Of a DNA stretch of 52,334 bases, positions 35,444 to 44,881 are shown one piece after another. A program made the translations under genes and the position numbers. This DNA comes from Bacillota bacterium (GTDB lineage Bacteria > Bacillota > Clostridia > Christensenellales > QALW01): positions 1 through 52,334 of the forward strand of contig JAQXIQ010000078.1 in the NCBI GenBank assembly GCA_029007865.1, given 5' to 3'. The number at the start of each line of letters is the position of its first letter. The stretch's first letter is position 1. The notes below the pieces were generated by a model. It was given only the letters and a program-made list of their open reading frames with translations, was not told the origin of the DNA and searched no databases.

Positions 35444-36565
35444 TTATTTGCCGCCGAATATACCGCGCTTTTTTTCCGTCGTTTCCTGTCCGGAGACGCT
35501 CTGGTCAAAGGCGCGCAGCAAATCCTTCTGCTTTGCGGTGAGCTTGCGCGGGACGTCCACTCCCACGGTGACATACATATCGCCGCGGTCGGAGCCGCCC
35601 AGCCTCTTTATGCCCTTGCCGCGCAAACGGAACACCGTGCCGGGCTGCGTGCCCTCCGGTATTTTGTATTTTATGTTCTCCTCTAACGTCGGCACCGTTA
35701 TCTCGGCACCCAGCGCCGCATTTGCAAAGCTGACTGCGATCTCCAGATATATATCGCTGCCGCTGCGCTTAAACAGCTTGTGCGGCTTGACGGTGAAATA
35801 TACGTACAGATCGCCCGCCGCACCGCCGCGCCTGCCCTGCTCGCCTTCGCCGCGCAGGGTTATTGCCTGACCGTTGTCTATTCCGGCAGGCACGTTTACG
35901 CTGATGCGTCTGCTTCGCCTGATGCGGCCCTTGCCGGCGCACTTTTTGCACGGAGTTCGTATTATCTTTCCGCTGCCGTGACAGACCGAGCATTGCTGCG
36001 AAGAGGAAAAGCTGCCGAACACCGTGTTCTGAGTGGTGCGTATCTGTCCCGTTCCATGGCAGGTCTGACAGGTCTCCGCCGTCGTGCCCTTTGCCGCTCC
36101 GCTGCCGCCGCATTCGTCGCAGGACTCCTCGCGGGTAAGGTTTATTTCCTTTTTGACGCCGAATGCCGCCTCCTCAAAGGTAAGGTCTATATCCACGCGC
36201 AGGTCGCGTCCCCGTTCCGGGCCGTTGCTCCTGCGCCCGCCGCCACCGAAAGCGCCTCCGAAAATATTTTCAAAAATATCCTCAAAGCCCGTACCGGAAA
36301 AGCCGCCTGAAAAGCCGCCGGCTCCGCCGAAGCCCGCCTGCGGATCCGCAGTACCGAACTGGTCGTACCGCGCACGCTTCTCCGAGTCCGACAGCACGGC
36401 GTATGCCTCATTGACCTCCTTGAATTTTGCCTCTGCCTCCGCATTGCCCGGATTGAGGTCCGGGTGATACTTCTTGGCGAGTTTCCTGTATGCGCTTTTT
36501 ATCTCATCCTCGCCGGCCGTTTTGGAAACGCCCAGCACCTCGTAATAATCTCGTTTTTCCGCCAT
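35444..36565 (-). CDS. dnaJ: Molecular chaperone DnaJ
   Basis: J domain with HPD, a G/F-rich region, and four CxxCxGxG zinc motifs. Confidence 0.97.
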   Translation of the reverse strand: MAEKRDYYEVLGVSKTAGEDEIKSAYRKLAKKYHPDLNPGNAEAEAKFKEVNEAYAVLSDSEKRARYDQFGTADPQAGFGGAGGFSGGFSGTGFEDIFENIFGGAFGGGGRRSNGPERGRDLRVDIDLTFEEAAFGVKKEINLTREESCDECGGSGAAKGTTAETCQTCHGTGQIRTTQNTVFGSFSSSQQCSVCHGSGKIIRTPCKKCAGKGRIRRSRRISVNVPAGIDNGQAITLRGEGEQGRRGGAAGDLYVYFTVKPHKLFKRSGSDIYLEIAVSFANAALGAEITVPTLEENIKYKIPEGTQPGTVFRLRGKGIKRLGGSDRGDMYVTVGVDVPRKLTAKQKDLLRAFDQSVSGQETTEKKRGIFGGK

Positions 36566-36684
36566 AAAATCTCCTGCCTTTTACCCTCCGTTTTACGCCT
36601 TATGCCGTGCAGCTGCTTTTGCACGGACGCGCCCGGGCTCAGGCCGCAGGTTCTGTCTCCGGCTCCTGCCCCGAATACCTCAAA

Positions 36685-36711
36685 ACGAAGCCGTGCTTTC
36701 ACGGCTTCGTC
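36685..36711 (-). terminator. Stem-loop between dnaK and dnaJ (attenuating terminator)
   Basis: The minus strand reads ACGAAGCCGTG-aaag-CACGGCTTCGT followed by TTTTGAGG. Confidence 0.6.
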
Positions 36712-36730
36712 TGAAGAATCAAAACGGATA

Positions 36731-38590
36731 TTATTTGTCGTCGTTTACTACCTCATAGTCGGCGTCGTAAACCTTTTCTCCGTTGTCGGCTGCGCCTGCG
36801 CCCGCATTGCCCTGCTGAGCGCCCTGTGCGCCGCCCTGCTGCGCCTGCTGCTGAGCCGCCTGCTGCTGATAGATCCTGCCGAATATCTCGTAAGAGACAT
36901 TTGTGAGCTTCTCTGCCGCTGCCTTGATAGCCTCGATATCGGTGCCCTCAAGTGCCTTCTTGGTGCTTTCCAGCTCCGCATTGATCTTGGCGGTGTCGTC
37001 GGCGGAGAGCTTATCGCCCAGCTCCTTAACGGTGTGCTCGGTCTGATACACAAGGTTATCCGCCTTGTTTCTCTCCTCAATGGCCTCTTTGTTCTTCTTG
37101 TCCTCCGCCGCGAAGCGCTCCGCCTCTTTTACTGCCTTGTCTATCTCGGCCTCGGAAAGATTGGTGCTGGCGGTAATGGTTATCTGCTGCTCCTTGCCGG
37201 TGCCCAGATCCTTGGCGGAAACATGTACTATGCCGTTTGCGTCAATATCAAAGGTGACCTCGATCTGCGGAACTCCTCTGGGAGCGGCCGGAATGCCGTC
37301 CAGATTGAAGTTGCCTATGGTCTTGTTGTCAGCCGCCATCTCGCGCTCGCCCTGGAGCACATGGATGGTAACCGAGGTCTGTCCGTCCGCGGCGGTGGAG
37401 AAAATCTGGCTCTTCTTTGCCGGGATGGTGGTGTTTCTCTCAATCAGCTTTGTGCATACGCCGCCCAGGGTCTCAATGCCCAGGGAAAGCGGCGTAACGT
37501 CCAGCAGCAGCACGTCATGTACCTCGCCTGCCAGAACGCCCGCCTGAATGGCCGCGCCTATGGCAACGCACTCATCGGGGTTGATGCCCTTGTAAGGCTC
37601 CTTGCCGGTAGCTTCCTTGACTGCGGCCTGAACCGCGGGGATCCTTGTCGAGCCGCCCACCAGGATGACTCTGTCTATCTGGGAAAGGCTGAGTCCGGAA
37701 TCCTTGAGCGCCTTGTTTACGGGGTCGATGGTGGCCTTGACAAGGTCGCGGGTCATCTCGTCGAACTTGGCCCTGGTAAGAGTCATATCAAGGTGTACCG
37801 GCTCGCCGTCCGCCACAGTTATATAGGGCAGGCTGATATTGGTGCTCATCACGCCGGAAAGGTCGATCTTGGCCTTTTCCGCAGCCTCCTTGAGACGCTG
37901 CATTGCCTTTCTGTCCTTGGAGAGGTCCACGCCGTTGCTCTTTTTGAACTCGTCCACCATCCAGCTTATGATGCGGTTATCGAAATCGTCGCCGCCCAAA
38001 CGGGTATTGCCGTTGGTGGCCAGCACCTCGAATACGCCGTCCCCTATCTCCAGGATGGAAACATCGAAGGTTCCGCCGCCCAGGTCATAAACCAGTATCT
38101 TGTGGTTGCCGTCCTTGTCAAGACCGTAAGCCAGAGAAGCCGCCGTAGGCTCGTTGATAATGCGCAGCACCTCAAGTCCGGCTATCTTGCCGGCATCCTT
38201 GGTGGACTGACGCTGAGAATCGGAGAAGTATGCCGGAACGGTGATTACCGCCTGTGTTACAGGCTCGCCGAGATAGCTTTCCGCGTCCGCCTTGAGCTTC
38301 TGCAGTATCATAGCGGATATCTCCTGCGGAGTATACTCCTTGCCGCCCATCCTGGCCTTGTAATTCGTGCCCATCTCTCTTTTGATGGAAATCACGGTGC
38401 TGTCGGAATTTACCACGGCCTGGCGCTTTGCTATGGCGCCCACCAGACGCTCGCCGTCCTTATTGACCGCCACCACCGAAGGGGTTGTACGGCTGCCCTC
38501 GGAATTGGGGATTACTACCGGCTCGCCGCCCTCCATAACAGCTACGCAGGAGTTTGTTGTACCTAAATCTATACCAATAATTTTGCTCAT
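36731..38590 (-). CDS. dnaK: Molecular chaperone DnaK (Hsp70)
   Basis: [18 protein letters not shown] and an unmistakable Hsp70 sequence throughout. Confidence 0.98.
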   Translation of the reverse strand: MSKIIGIDLGTTNSCVAVMEGGEPVVIPNSEGSRTTPSVVAVNKDGERLVGAIAKRQAVVNSDSTVISIKREMGTNYKARMGGKEYTPQEISAMILQKLKADAESYLGEPVTQAVITVPAYFSDSQRQSTKDAGKIAGLEVLRIINEPTAASLAYGLDKDGNHKILVYDLGGGTFDVSILEIGDGVFEVLATNGNTRLGGDDFDNRIISWMVDEFKKSNGVDLSKDRKAMQRLKEAAEKAKIDLSGVMSTNISLPYITVADGEPVHLDMTLTRAKFDEMTRDLVKATIDPVNKALKDSGLSLSQIDRVILVGGSTRIPAVQAAVKEATGKEPYKGINPDECVAIGAAIQAGVLAGEVHDVLLLDVTPLSLGIETLGGVCTKLIERNTTIPAKKSQIFSTAADGQTSVTIHVLQGEREMAADNKTIGNFNLDGIPAAPRGVPQIEVTFDIDANGIVHVSAKDLGTGKEQQITITASTNLSEAEIDKAVKEAERFAAEDKKNKEAIEERNKADNLVYQTEHTVKELGDKLSADDTAKINAELESTKKALEGTDIEAIKAAAEKLTNVSYEIFGRIYQQQAAQQQAQQGGAQGAQQGNAGAGAADNGEKVYDADYEVVNDDK

Positions 38591-38657
38591 AATAAAGCCT
38601 CCTAAAACTATAATAATCTGATTAATTTATATCCCATGCCGCTTCCGGCATTTGATA

Positions 38658-39275
38658 TCACTCTGTGACCTTTACCATCGTATAGCGTATGACCTTGTCT
38701 CCCATGCGGTATCCCTTCTGGAAAATCTCCGCCACAACGCCGCTTTCCTGACCCTCCTGAGCCGGGGCCTGCATGACCGCCTCATGCAGATTCGGGTCGA
38801 ATTTCTCCCCCACCGTGCCAAGCTCCTGTATTTCAAGGTCGGCAAGGGTCTTGTCTATCTGTCTGCGCACCAGAATCAGCCCCTCGGTAACCGGGTCGCC
38901 CTCCTTGGCATGGGCTATTGCGCGGTCTATGTTGTCAATTACGGGCAGAAAGGCCTTTACCGCCTCCAGTCTGCCCTCCGCCAGAGCCTCCGCCCTTGCC
39001 GTAAGGTTGCGCTTGCGGTAGTTTTCAAAATCCGCCTGCGTCCTGCGGGCAATATCGATATAATAATCTATCTTGGCCTGCAGTTTTGCCTTTTCGTCAT
39101 CCTGCGGCTTTTGCTCCTCCGCCTCGGAGGGATCCATGTACTGGCTCTGCGCGTCCTGCGCCGTATTTGCACCGTTTTGCGCGCTCTGCGGCTCCTGTGC
39201 GGCGCTCTGCTGCTCATTTGCCGCATTAACGCTCTCATCGGGCGTCATGTTTTCGTCATTTTTGTTCTTGCTCAT
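38658..39275 (-). CDS. grpE: Nucleotide exchange factor GrpE
   Basis: RBS AAGGAG precedes the ATG at 39275. The GrpE core reads DFENYRKR...VIDNIDRA...GYRMGDKVIRYTMVKV. Confidence 0.93.
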   Translation of the reverse strand: MSKNKNDENMTPDESVNAANEQQSAAQEPQSAQNGANTAQDAQSQYMDPSEAEEQKPQDDEKAKLQAKIDYYIDIARRTQADFENYRKRNLTARAEALAEGRLEAVKAFLPVIDNIDRAIAHAKEGDPVTEGLILVRRQIDKTLADLEIQELGTVGEKFDPNLHEAVMQAPAQEGQESGVVAEIFQKGYRMGDKVIRYTMVKVTE

Positions 39276-40386
39276 CGTTATTCTCCTTACCGTTTTGATC
39301 AAGCAGCTTTCCGGAACTGCTGAGCACCTCGGAAAGCGAGGCCTTCATATAGGAAAGCACCTTTATTACCTTGTCGTATTTCATCCTGACCGGGCCTATG
39401 ACGCCGATGGTTCCGGCGGCTCTGCCCCCTATCTTATAGCTGGCGGTAACCACGGAGCAATCCTTGAGATGCTCGCTGCGGTTCTCGCTGCCTATGGTCA
39501 CCTTGAGCTCCACGCCGTCGGACTGCTCAATCGCCCGGCCTATCTCTCCGGAATCCAGCAGCTGCAGCATTTCCCTTGCCTTGCCCACGTCGTTGTACTC
39601 AGGATGGCTCAGCAGCCTTGCCGCGCCGCCCACCTCCACGGAGGAATCTCCGGCAAGCAGGTGATCCCGTATTATATCGGTGACCTGAGAGAATATCTCG
39701 CGCTGTCCCCTGAGCTCCTGCATTATCTCGGAGTGAATGTCCAGATCCTCCGGCGTTATCCGCCTGCCGGAAAAAATACCGTTGAGGCTCTTACTGACGT
39801 CCTCCAGCTGCTGGGGCGTAACCTCGGTATTGAAGCTGACGGGCGTATCCCTTATCACGCCCGCGTCGGTGACAAGCACCGCAAGGGCCGTGCTGGGGGT
39901 TATTGGCACGAGCTGCAGGTGCCTTATGGTCACGGAGCTGAGCCTGGGCACCATCACCACCGAAACATAATCGGTGGCTTCGCTTATGGCGGAGGCCGCC
40001 GCCTTTAATACCGTTTCTGTCTGCACCATGCGCTCGTCGTAATAATCGCAGGCAAAATCCATCTCCGGAGAGGTGAGCTGCGACATTTCCATCAGACTGT
40101 CGACATACATCCTGAACGCCTTGTCCGACGGAATGCGTCCCGCCGAGGTGTGCGGCTGATCCAGATAACCCATGGTCTCCAGCTCGTTCATCTCGTTGCG
40201 CACGGTAGCCGAGCTGATGCTCATGCCCATGTGCTGGGCTATGGTCTTGGAGCCTACCGGCATGGCGGTGGAAATGTAATCGTCAATTATAGTCTTGAGG
40301 ATCTTTTTTTTGCGCTCCGAAAGCTCCGTAACCGACGCATCTCCCTTCTGCCTGAGCCTATCCGCTCCCGAATTGTTAGCACTCAA
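39256..40386 (-). CDS. hrcA: Heat-inducible transcription repressor HrcA (start codon uncertain)
   Basis: LSERKKKILKTIIDDYISTAMPVGSKTIA and an HrcA C-terminal domain. The only canonical in-frame start upstream of the winged helix is the TTG at 40386, inside CIRCE. Confidence 0.9.
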   Translation of the reverse strand: MSANNSGADRLRQKGDASVTELSERKKKILKTIIDDYISTAMPVGSKTIAQHMGMSISSATVRNEMNELETMGYLDQPHTSAGRIPSDKAFRMYVDSLMEMSQLTSPEMDFACDYYDERMVQTETVLKAAASAISEATDYVSVVMVPRLSSVTIRHLQLVPITPSTALAVLVTDAGVIRDTPVSFNTEVTPQQLEDVSKSLNGIFSGRRITPEDLDIHSEIMQELRGQREIFSQVTDIIRDHLLAGDSSVEVGGAARLLSHPEYNDVGKAREMLQLLDSGEIGRAIEQSDGVELKVTIGSENRSEHLKDCSVVTASYKIGGRAAGTIGVIGPVRMKYDKVIKVLSYMKASLSEVLSSSGKLLDQNGKENNDEQEQK

Positions 40387-40402
40387 GGCCTTCGAGTGCT
40401 AA
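40376..40402. promoter_or_regulatory. CIRCE operator (HrcA binding site)
   Basis: A perfect TTAGCACTC-N9-GAGTGCTAA. Confidence 0.95.
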
Positions 40403-40411
40403 CATGAGCAA

Positions 40412-40440
40412 AGTATATAACTGTTATTTGTTTTTGTCAA
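40412..40440 (-). promoter_or_regulatory. Sigma-A promoter of the hrcA-grpE-dnaK-dnaJ operon
   Basis: On the minus strand: TTGACA (40440-40435), a 17 nt spacer, then TATACT (40417-40412), just upstream of CIRCE. Confidence 0.75.
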
Positions 40441-40636
40441 TAGTTTTTATACATTTTTCCATGAACAATTTATTAACACTTTTGAACAATTTATCCCTCT
40501 GCGCCGTCAAAAAGCGCGGGATAACACCTGCGCCGAACCGGCTTGCCGGCAGGCGTTCCGCAAACAAAAAAGCGCAATATTTCCGCAGGTTTCCGTGTTA
40601 TGTTTTAATCTTTGACAAAAACAAATTTTATTGGTA

Positions 40637-40665
40637 TTGACATTATGTTTTTGCCAAGGTAAAAT
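40637..40665 (+). promoter_or_regulatory. Sigma-A promoter for the small-membrane-protein pair
   Basis: TTGACA (40637-40642), a 17 nt spacer, then TAAAAT (40660-40665). Confidence 0.6.
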
Positions 40666-40810
40666 ACAAAAGAGACAGATACCGCAAAGCCGGGAGGCTG
40701 CTGCGCGGCGTTAAGCCGGAATGCGGTATCGGAAAAGCAAAGGAAAAATGCTTTTCGTCGGAAAACAGGTACAATATCCGTGGAGTATCGTAAAACAAAA
40801 GGAGGGGCTT

Positions 40811-41092
40811 ATGAAAAAAAGAACAAAGACCGTTATTTATATATGTGTTTCCGCAATATGTGTTTTGGCGGTTTGCGTGATGCTTTGGTACGTCATGTCC
40901 TATACCCTGACAAGTGAATACAACGACTTATGGATAATAGGCAAGACCCGGGAACAGATCGAGGAACGCTACGGCCGGCTTACGGAACACGGACGCTTCG
41001 AGGGCTACAGACTGGGCTCCACGTCATATTACGCCATAGAGTTTAACAGCCGGGGCACAGCCGAAAGCGTTTACATTTATCGCGAGCCGTAA
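40811..41092 (+). CDS. Small membrane-anchored protein (93 aa), unknown function
   Basis: RBS AGGAGG precedes the ATG at 40811. An N-terminal TM helix (VIYICVSAICVLAVCVMLWYV) is followed by a ~60 aa soluble domain. Confidence 0.65.
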   Translation: MKKRTKTVIYICVSAICVLAVCVMLWYVMSYTLTSEYNDLWIIGKTREQIEERYGRLTEHGRFEGYRLGSTSYYAIEFNSRGTAESVYIYREP

Positions 41093-41104
41093 TGAGGTGC
41101 TTAT

Positions 41105-41398
41105 ATGAAAGCTAAAATATTCAACGCGCTTCGCGCGGTATTAACGGTTTTATCGTATTTTGCGTTTGCCTGTTTTGAAATGGGCGTTTCCGGTCATGTC
41201 AGAGGTCTGCTCAGGCAGGAAGGCAGCATGATCGCACTTGTGCTTTACGCGGCGGGTATGCTTATCGCCGTGGCGGGCATCTATCTGCTTTTGCTGTACA
41301 AAAAGCCCAACAAGGCGGCAAGGACGGCCGTCGCCTCCTCTGTGCTTATGGCAGTCCAGGTGCTTGTAACACTGCTGTGCAGTATTAAACCTTATTAA
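41105..41398 (+). CDS. Small integral membrane protein (97 aa, ~3 TM), unknown function
   Basis: GAGGTG lies upstream of the ATG at 41105, 12 nt after the previous stop. The composition is hydrophobic. Confidence 0.6.
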   Translation: MKAKIFNALRAVLTVLSYFAFACFEMGVSGHVRGLLRQEGSMIALVLYAAGMLIAVAGIYLLLLYKKPNKAARTAVASSVLMAVQVLVTLLCSIKPY

Positions 41399-41420
41399 AA
41401 ACACGGAAGCACAGCTTCCG

Positions 41421-41520
41421 CCGAACTTCCGCAGACAGCGCCTAACTTTCGCAGACGGCGCCGAACTTCCGCAGACGGCGCCGAACTTTCATAGACAGCG
41501 CCGAACTTCCGCAGACATAT
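41421..41520. repeat. 20-bp tandem repeat, 5 copies (CCGAACTTCCGCAGACGGCG and variants)
   Basis: Units start exactly at 41421, 41441, 41461, 41481 and 41501. Confidence 0.9.
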
Positions 41521-41522
41521 AA

Positions 41523-41548
41523 AGCCGCACGCTTTTTTGCGTGCGGCT
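41523..41548. terminator. Stem-loop between convergent genes (recN side)
   Basis: AGCCGCACGC-tttttt-GCGTGCGGCT. Confidence 0.6.
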
Positions 41549-41627
41549 AAACTGTTATTACGGATTACTATTACGGAAAACCCGGCATTCTGCGCGCCCT
41601 GCGCCCCTCGCCCGGGTGCGGCAAGGG

Positions 41628-43328
41628 TCAACCCTGCCGGAGCTGCAAGCGGAACTCCTCGGCTCTTTTGAGCATCTCCCGCGCGTGAGCCACGGCGATA
41701 TCGGTGACTTCGCCTCCGGCAAGCCGCGCGATCTCCCTCTCCCTGTCCATTCCCTCCACGGTCTCGGTCCGGGTCACGGCCTTGCCGCCGTCCTCGCTTT
41801 TGCTTACAAAAAAGTGCGCGGACGCCATTGCGGCGATCTGCGGCAGATGCGTTACGCACAAAACCTGGTGCGAAGCCGCTATCACCGCCATTTTTTCCGC
41901 GGTGACCTGTGCCATTTTACCGCTTATTCCGGTATCTATCTCGTCAAAAACCATGGTTTCAATTTCGTCGCTGTCCGCCATTATGCTCTTAAACGCCAGC
42001 ATAAACCTGCTCATCTCGCCCCCGGATATGACCTTTACAAGAGGCTTGAGCGGTTCCCCAAGATTGGCGGAAAACATGAACTCCGCCTCGTCAAAGCCGT
42101 CCGCCCTGTAGTTAGCGGTTTCCTCGCGGGGCATATCCTCAAAGCGCACTTTGAACACCGCGCTTTTCATGCCCAACACTTTAAGCTGAGTGTCCAGCTC
42201 GGACTCCAGGCGTGTGGCCGCCTCCCTGCGCAGGCGGCTAAGCTCCGCGCAGGCCTTATACAGCCTGCTGCGCGCCTCGGCGCACTGAGCCGTCAGCCTG
42301 CGTACCGTCTCCTCCGCGTTTGCCAGCTCCTCAAGCTGCAGACGCGCCGCGGCGGCAAAGCCGTTTACCTCCGCAATGTCCGCGCCGTATTTCCTGCAAA
42401 GCTGCTTTATAAGCTGCAGTCTGTCCTCCACCTGCTCCAGGCGTGCCGCGGGATCCTCAATGTCCTCCGCCCCGTCCAGCTCCGAGGATATGTCCTCCGC
42501 CTCGTAGCAGACGCTGCGCAGCCGCTCCAGCAGCGGCTCAAAGCTGCCGTCGCGCCGGGATATTTCCTCAAGCGCCTTGACCGCCACGGCCAGCGCCTCG
42601 CAGGCGCCGCCTTCCTCACCGTTGAGCGCCTCATGCGCAAGCTGAAGGTTCTGCGATATATATTCGGCGTTTGCCAATCTTCTTTTTTCCTTTTGCAGCT
42701 CCTCCTCCTCGCCCGGAGTGAGCCCGGCGGCCTCGATCTCATCAATCTGGAACCTTAAAATGTCCATTCTGCGCTCGCGCTCCCCGGGGCTGCCCCAGTC
42801 GGCGTGCAGGCGGCCGTAAATATCGGAATATTCGGCATAGCACTCGCCGCAGAGCCTGAGCGCATCCTTCAGCCCGCTCTGGGCATAGCTGTCCAACAGC
42901 TCCAGATGGCTCTCTTTGCGCAGCAGGGTCTGGTGCTCATGCTGGCCGTAAATGTCCACCAGATACCGCATGGCCCGCTTCAGCGCAGAAAGCGTGACCG
43001 TCCTGCCGTTGGCCTTTATCATGCTGCGGCCGTCCGCCGTTACGGTGCGCCGGATTATAAGAGTGTCGTCCGGCTCGATATCCAGAGCCTCGGCCACCCT
43101 GGCCGTATTTTTATCCCTTACGCAGAACACGCCCTCAATCTCCGCGGCGGAGGTGCCGGTGCGCACTAACTCCCTGTCGGTGCGGTCCCCCAGCAGCAGG
43201 TTAAGGGAATCCACCATTATGGACTTTCCTGCGCCGGTCTCACCCGTTATTACATTAAAGCCGTCGGAAAAGCAAACCGTGATATTGTCTATCAGAGCGA
43301 CATTTTTTATGCTGAGACTGTAAAGCAT
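41628..43328 (-). CDS. recN: DNA repair protein RecN
   Basis: Walker A GETGAGKS, long coiled coil, C-terminal SGGEMSR signature. Confidence 0.95.
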   Translation of the reverse strand: MLYSLSIKNVALIDNITVCFSDGFNVITGETGAGKSIMVDSLNLLLGDRTDRELVRTGTSAAEIEGVFCVRDKNTARVAEALDIEPDDTLIIRRTVTADGRSMIKANGRTVTLSALKRAMRYLVDIYGQHEHQTLLRKESHLELLDSYAQSGLKDALRLCGECYAEYSDIYGRLHADWGSPGERERRMDILRFQIDEIEAAGLTPGEEEELQKEKRRLANAEYISQNLQLAHEALNGEEGGACEALAVAVKALEEISRRDGSFEPLLERLRSVCYEAEDISSELDGAEDIEDPAARLEQVEDRLQLIKQLCRKYGADIAEVNGFAAAARLQLEELANAEETVRRLTAQCAEARSRLYKACAELSRLRREAATRLESELDTQLKVLGMKSAVFKVRFEDMPREETANYRADGFDEAEFMFSANLGEPLKPLVKVISGGEMSRFMLAFKSIMADSDEIETMVFDEIDTGISGKMAQVTAEKMAVIAASHQVLCVTHLPQIAAMASAHFFVSKSEDGGKAVTRTETVEGMDREREIARLAGGEVTDIAVAHAREMLKRAEEFRLQLRQG

Positions 43329-43339
43329 AAGGCCCTCCG

Positions 43340-43789
43340 TCAGTGCATCAGTTCCTGAATGAGTGCGGTGATAGGCGCAACCTTCTCATTGCAGCTTACC
43401 ACAATTATTACTGTGTCGTCCCCTGCCACGCAGCCCAGGATGTCCTCGTTGCTCAAGCCGTCGATCACCACCGCCACGGTGTTGGCGCTCCCCTGCATGG
43501 TTTTCAGCACTATGATATTGTTTGCGCTGCGCACATTCAGCACAGTGCTTGCGAATATTTTATGCAGGCGCTCCTGCTGTTCCTGTCTTACGCCGCTTTG
43601 TACGCTGTATCTGTACCGTCCGTCGGCGCACGGCGTTTTTATCAGGTTCAGCTCCTTGATATCGCGCGAGACCGTAGCCTGCGTAACATCATAGCCCTCC
43701 CGCTTGAGTATCAGGGCAAGCTCCTCCTGAGTCTGGACTACGCTGTCGCGGATTATCTCAAGTATCCTGAAATGTCTGGCAGATTTCAT
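43340..43789 (-). CDS. argR: Arginine repressor
   Basis: The N-terminal winged helix reads QEELALILKREGYDVTQATVSRDIKEL. The C-terminal GTIAGDDT-like motif reads GCVAGDDTV. Confidence 0.93.
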   Translation of the reverse strand: MKSARHFRILEIIRDSVVQTQEELALILKREGYDVTQATVSRDIKELNLIKTPCADGRYRYSVQSGVRQEQQERLHKIFASTVLNVRSANNIIVLKTMQGSANTVAVVIDGLSNEDILGCVAGDDTVIIVVSCNEKVAPITALIQELMH

Positions 43790-43828
43790 ATATATACATC
43801 CTTATCCCGTAATTTTAATATCGCCGCT

Positions 43829-43917
43829 GCGGAGTTCCCGCACCCGGGAATTCGCCTTGTTGGTTTCCGCATCCTCTGCGGGCTGTGTAGCGGAGTCCCC
43901 GCACCCGAGAATTCGCC
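43829..43917. repeat. Two copies of a 28-bp hairpin-forming element, 61 bp apart
   Basis: GCGGAGTTCCCGCACCCGGGAATTCGCC (43829-43856) and GCGGAGTCCCCGCACCCGAGAATTCGCC (43890-43917). Confidence 0.85.
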
Positions 43918-43969
43918 CGGCGTCCCGGACGCCGGTGCCGCGCACTGCGTCGCGGTGCTCCGGCTTGTT

Positions 43970-44794
43970 TTATTTAACGCTCCACTCGCTCAGCTTGGAG
44001 TTGAGACGCTGATAAAAGCTTTTGTCGGTCACCCGTATGAACCCTGCGGTAAACGGCGCTTTTTCCACTGTAAAGCCGTCCGCGCCACAGAGGGAAAGCT
44101 GGACTCCGTCAATGGCTATGACGCCGCTGCCCTCCGCCGTCTGCACGCGCAGAGTATCCCGAGAGGAAAATACATAAGGCCTTGCGCGCAGGGTATGTGC
44201 GCTTATAGGCGTCAGCAGCATGACCTCGGCGCCGGGAGCCGCTATGGGGCCGCCTGCCGAAAGGTTATAAGCCGTAGAGCCGGTAGGTGACGCCACCAGC
44301 ACGCCGTCGGCATAAAAGCTGTCCACCGCGTGGCCGCCCGCCGTTACGCGCACGTTTATCATGTGCTCGTCTGTGCGCCTGTGCAGAGCGATCTCGTTAA
44401 GGGCGTAAAGGGGTTCCCCCGCAACGGTACATTTAAGCAGCATGCGCTGCTCCACCGTATAATCTCCCGCCGCAAGCCTTGCCACCGCGCCATCCAGTTC
44501 GGAGAGCTCCACCTCGGAGAGAAAGCCCACTCTGCCTAAGTTTATGCCCAGCACCGGCACCGAATACACGGCGCACAGCTTGGACACCATCAGCAGGGTG
44601 CCGTCGCCGCCCAGGACAAACACCGCCTCGCACCTGCGGATAAAGCTCACCGTATCCATGCACTCTTCCAGACCCGGAGAACACCTCAGCAGCGGCTCAA
44701 AGCCGTACTTTTCAAGCAGTCCGGCCATTTTCTGCGCGCAGGACATATCGGCATCCTTATCGGTATTAACATATATGCCTATAACCTTAAACAT
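43970..44794 (-). CDS. nadK: NAD kinase
   Basis: The ATG at 44794 opens MFKVIGIYVN. The GGDGT motif (VLGGDGTLL) and NxGxLGFL-like INLGRVGFL are present. Confidence 0.92.
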   Translation of the reverse strand: MFKVIGIYVNTDKDADMSCAQKMAGLLEKYGFEPLLRCSPGLEECMDTVSFIRRCEAVFVLGGDGTLLMVSKLCAVYSVPVLGINLGRVGFLSEVELSELDGAVARLAAGDYTVEQRMLLKCTVAGEPLYALNEIALHRRTDEHMINVRVTAGGHAVDSFYADGVLVASPTGSTAYNLSAGGPIAAPGAEVMLLTPISAHTLRARPYVFSSRDTLRVQTAEGSGVIAIDGVQLSLCGADGFTVEKAPFTAGFIRVTDKSFYQRLNSKLSEWSVK

Positions 44795-44802
44795 TGTTTT
44801 CA

Positions 44803-44838
44803 ACTCCACGAAAGACTCCACGAAAAACTCCACGAAAG
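44803..44838. repeat. 12-bp tandem repeat, 3 copies (ACTCCACGAAAG)
   Basis: Units start at 44803, 44815 and 44827, immediately upstream of the nadK start. Each unit reads CTTTCGTGGAGT on the coding strand, so it contains a GGAG. Confidence 0.9.
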
Positions 44839-44881
44839 GCATTATACTACAAAATGCATAAATATACAAGGTTGAATTTAA

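Noticed and set aside
36464-38566. 700 aa ORF antisense to dnaK, plus similar long antisense ORFs at 17671-19143, 28841-30043, 5135-6328, 12791-14059, 19650-20777 and 41541-42758
   Set aside because: Long open antisense frames opposite highly expressed, codon-biased genes (notably dnaK) are a known statistical artefact. The sense-strand genes have unmistakable homology.
40404-40640. 78 aa ORF in the AT-rich hrcA upstream region, and the 40721 start for the next ORF
   Set aside because: The ORF overlaps the hrcA promoter, has no RBS and an implausible composition. For the next gene, the ATG at 40811 has a perfect AGGAGG RBS and opens with a typical signal-anchor.
43790-43969. ARG boxes for ArgR autoregulation
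   Set aside because: No sequence resembles the AT-rich TNTGAATWWWWATTCANW palindrome. The repeats found are GC-rich hairpins.
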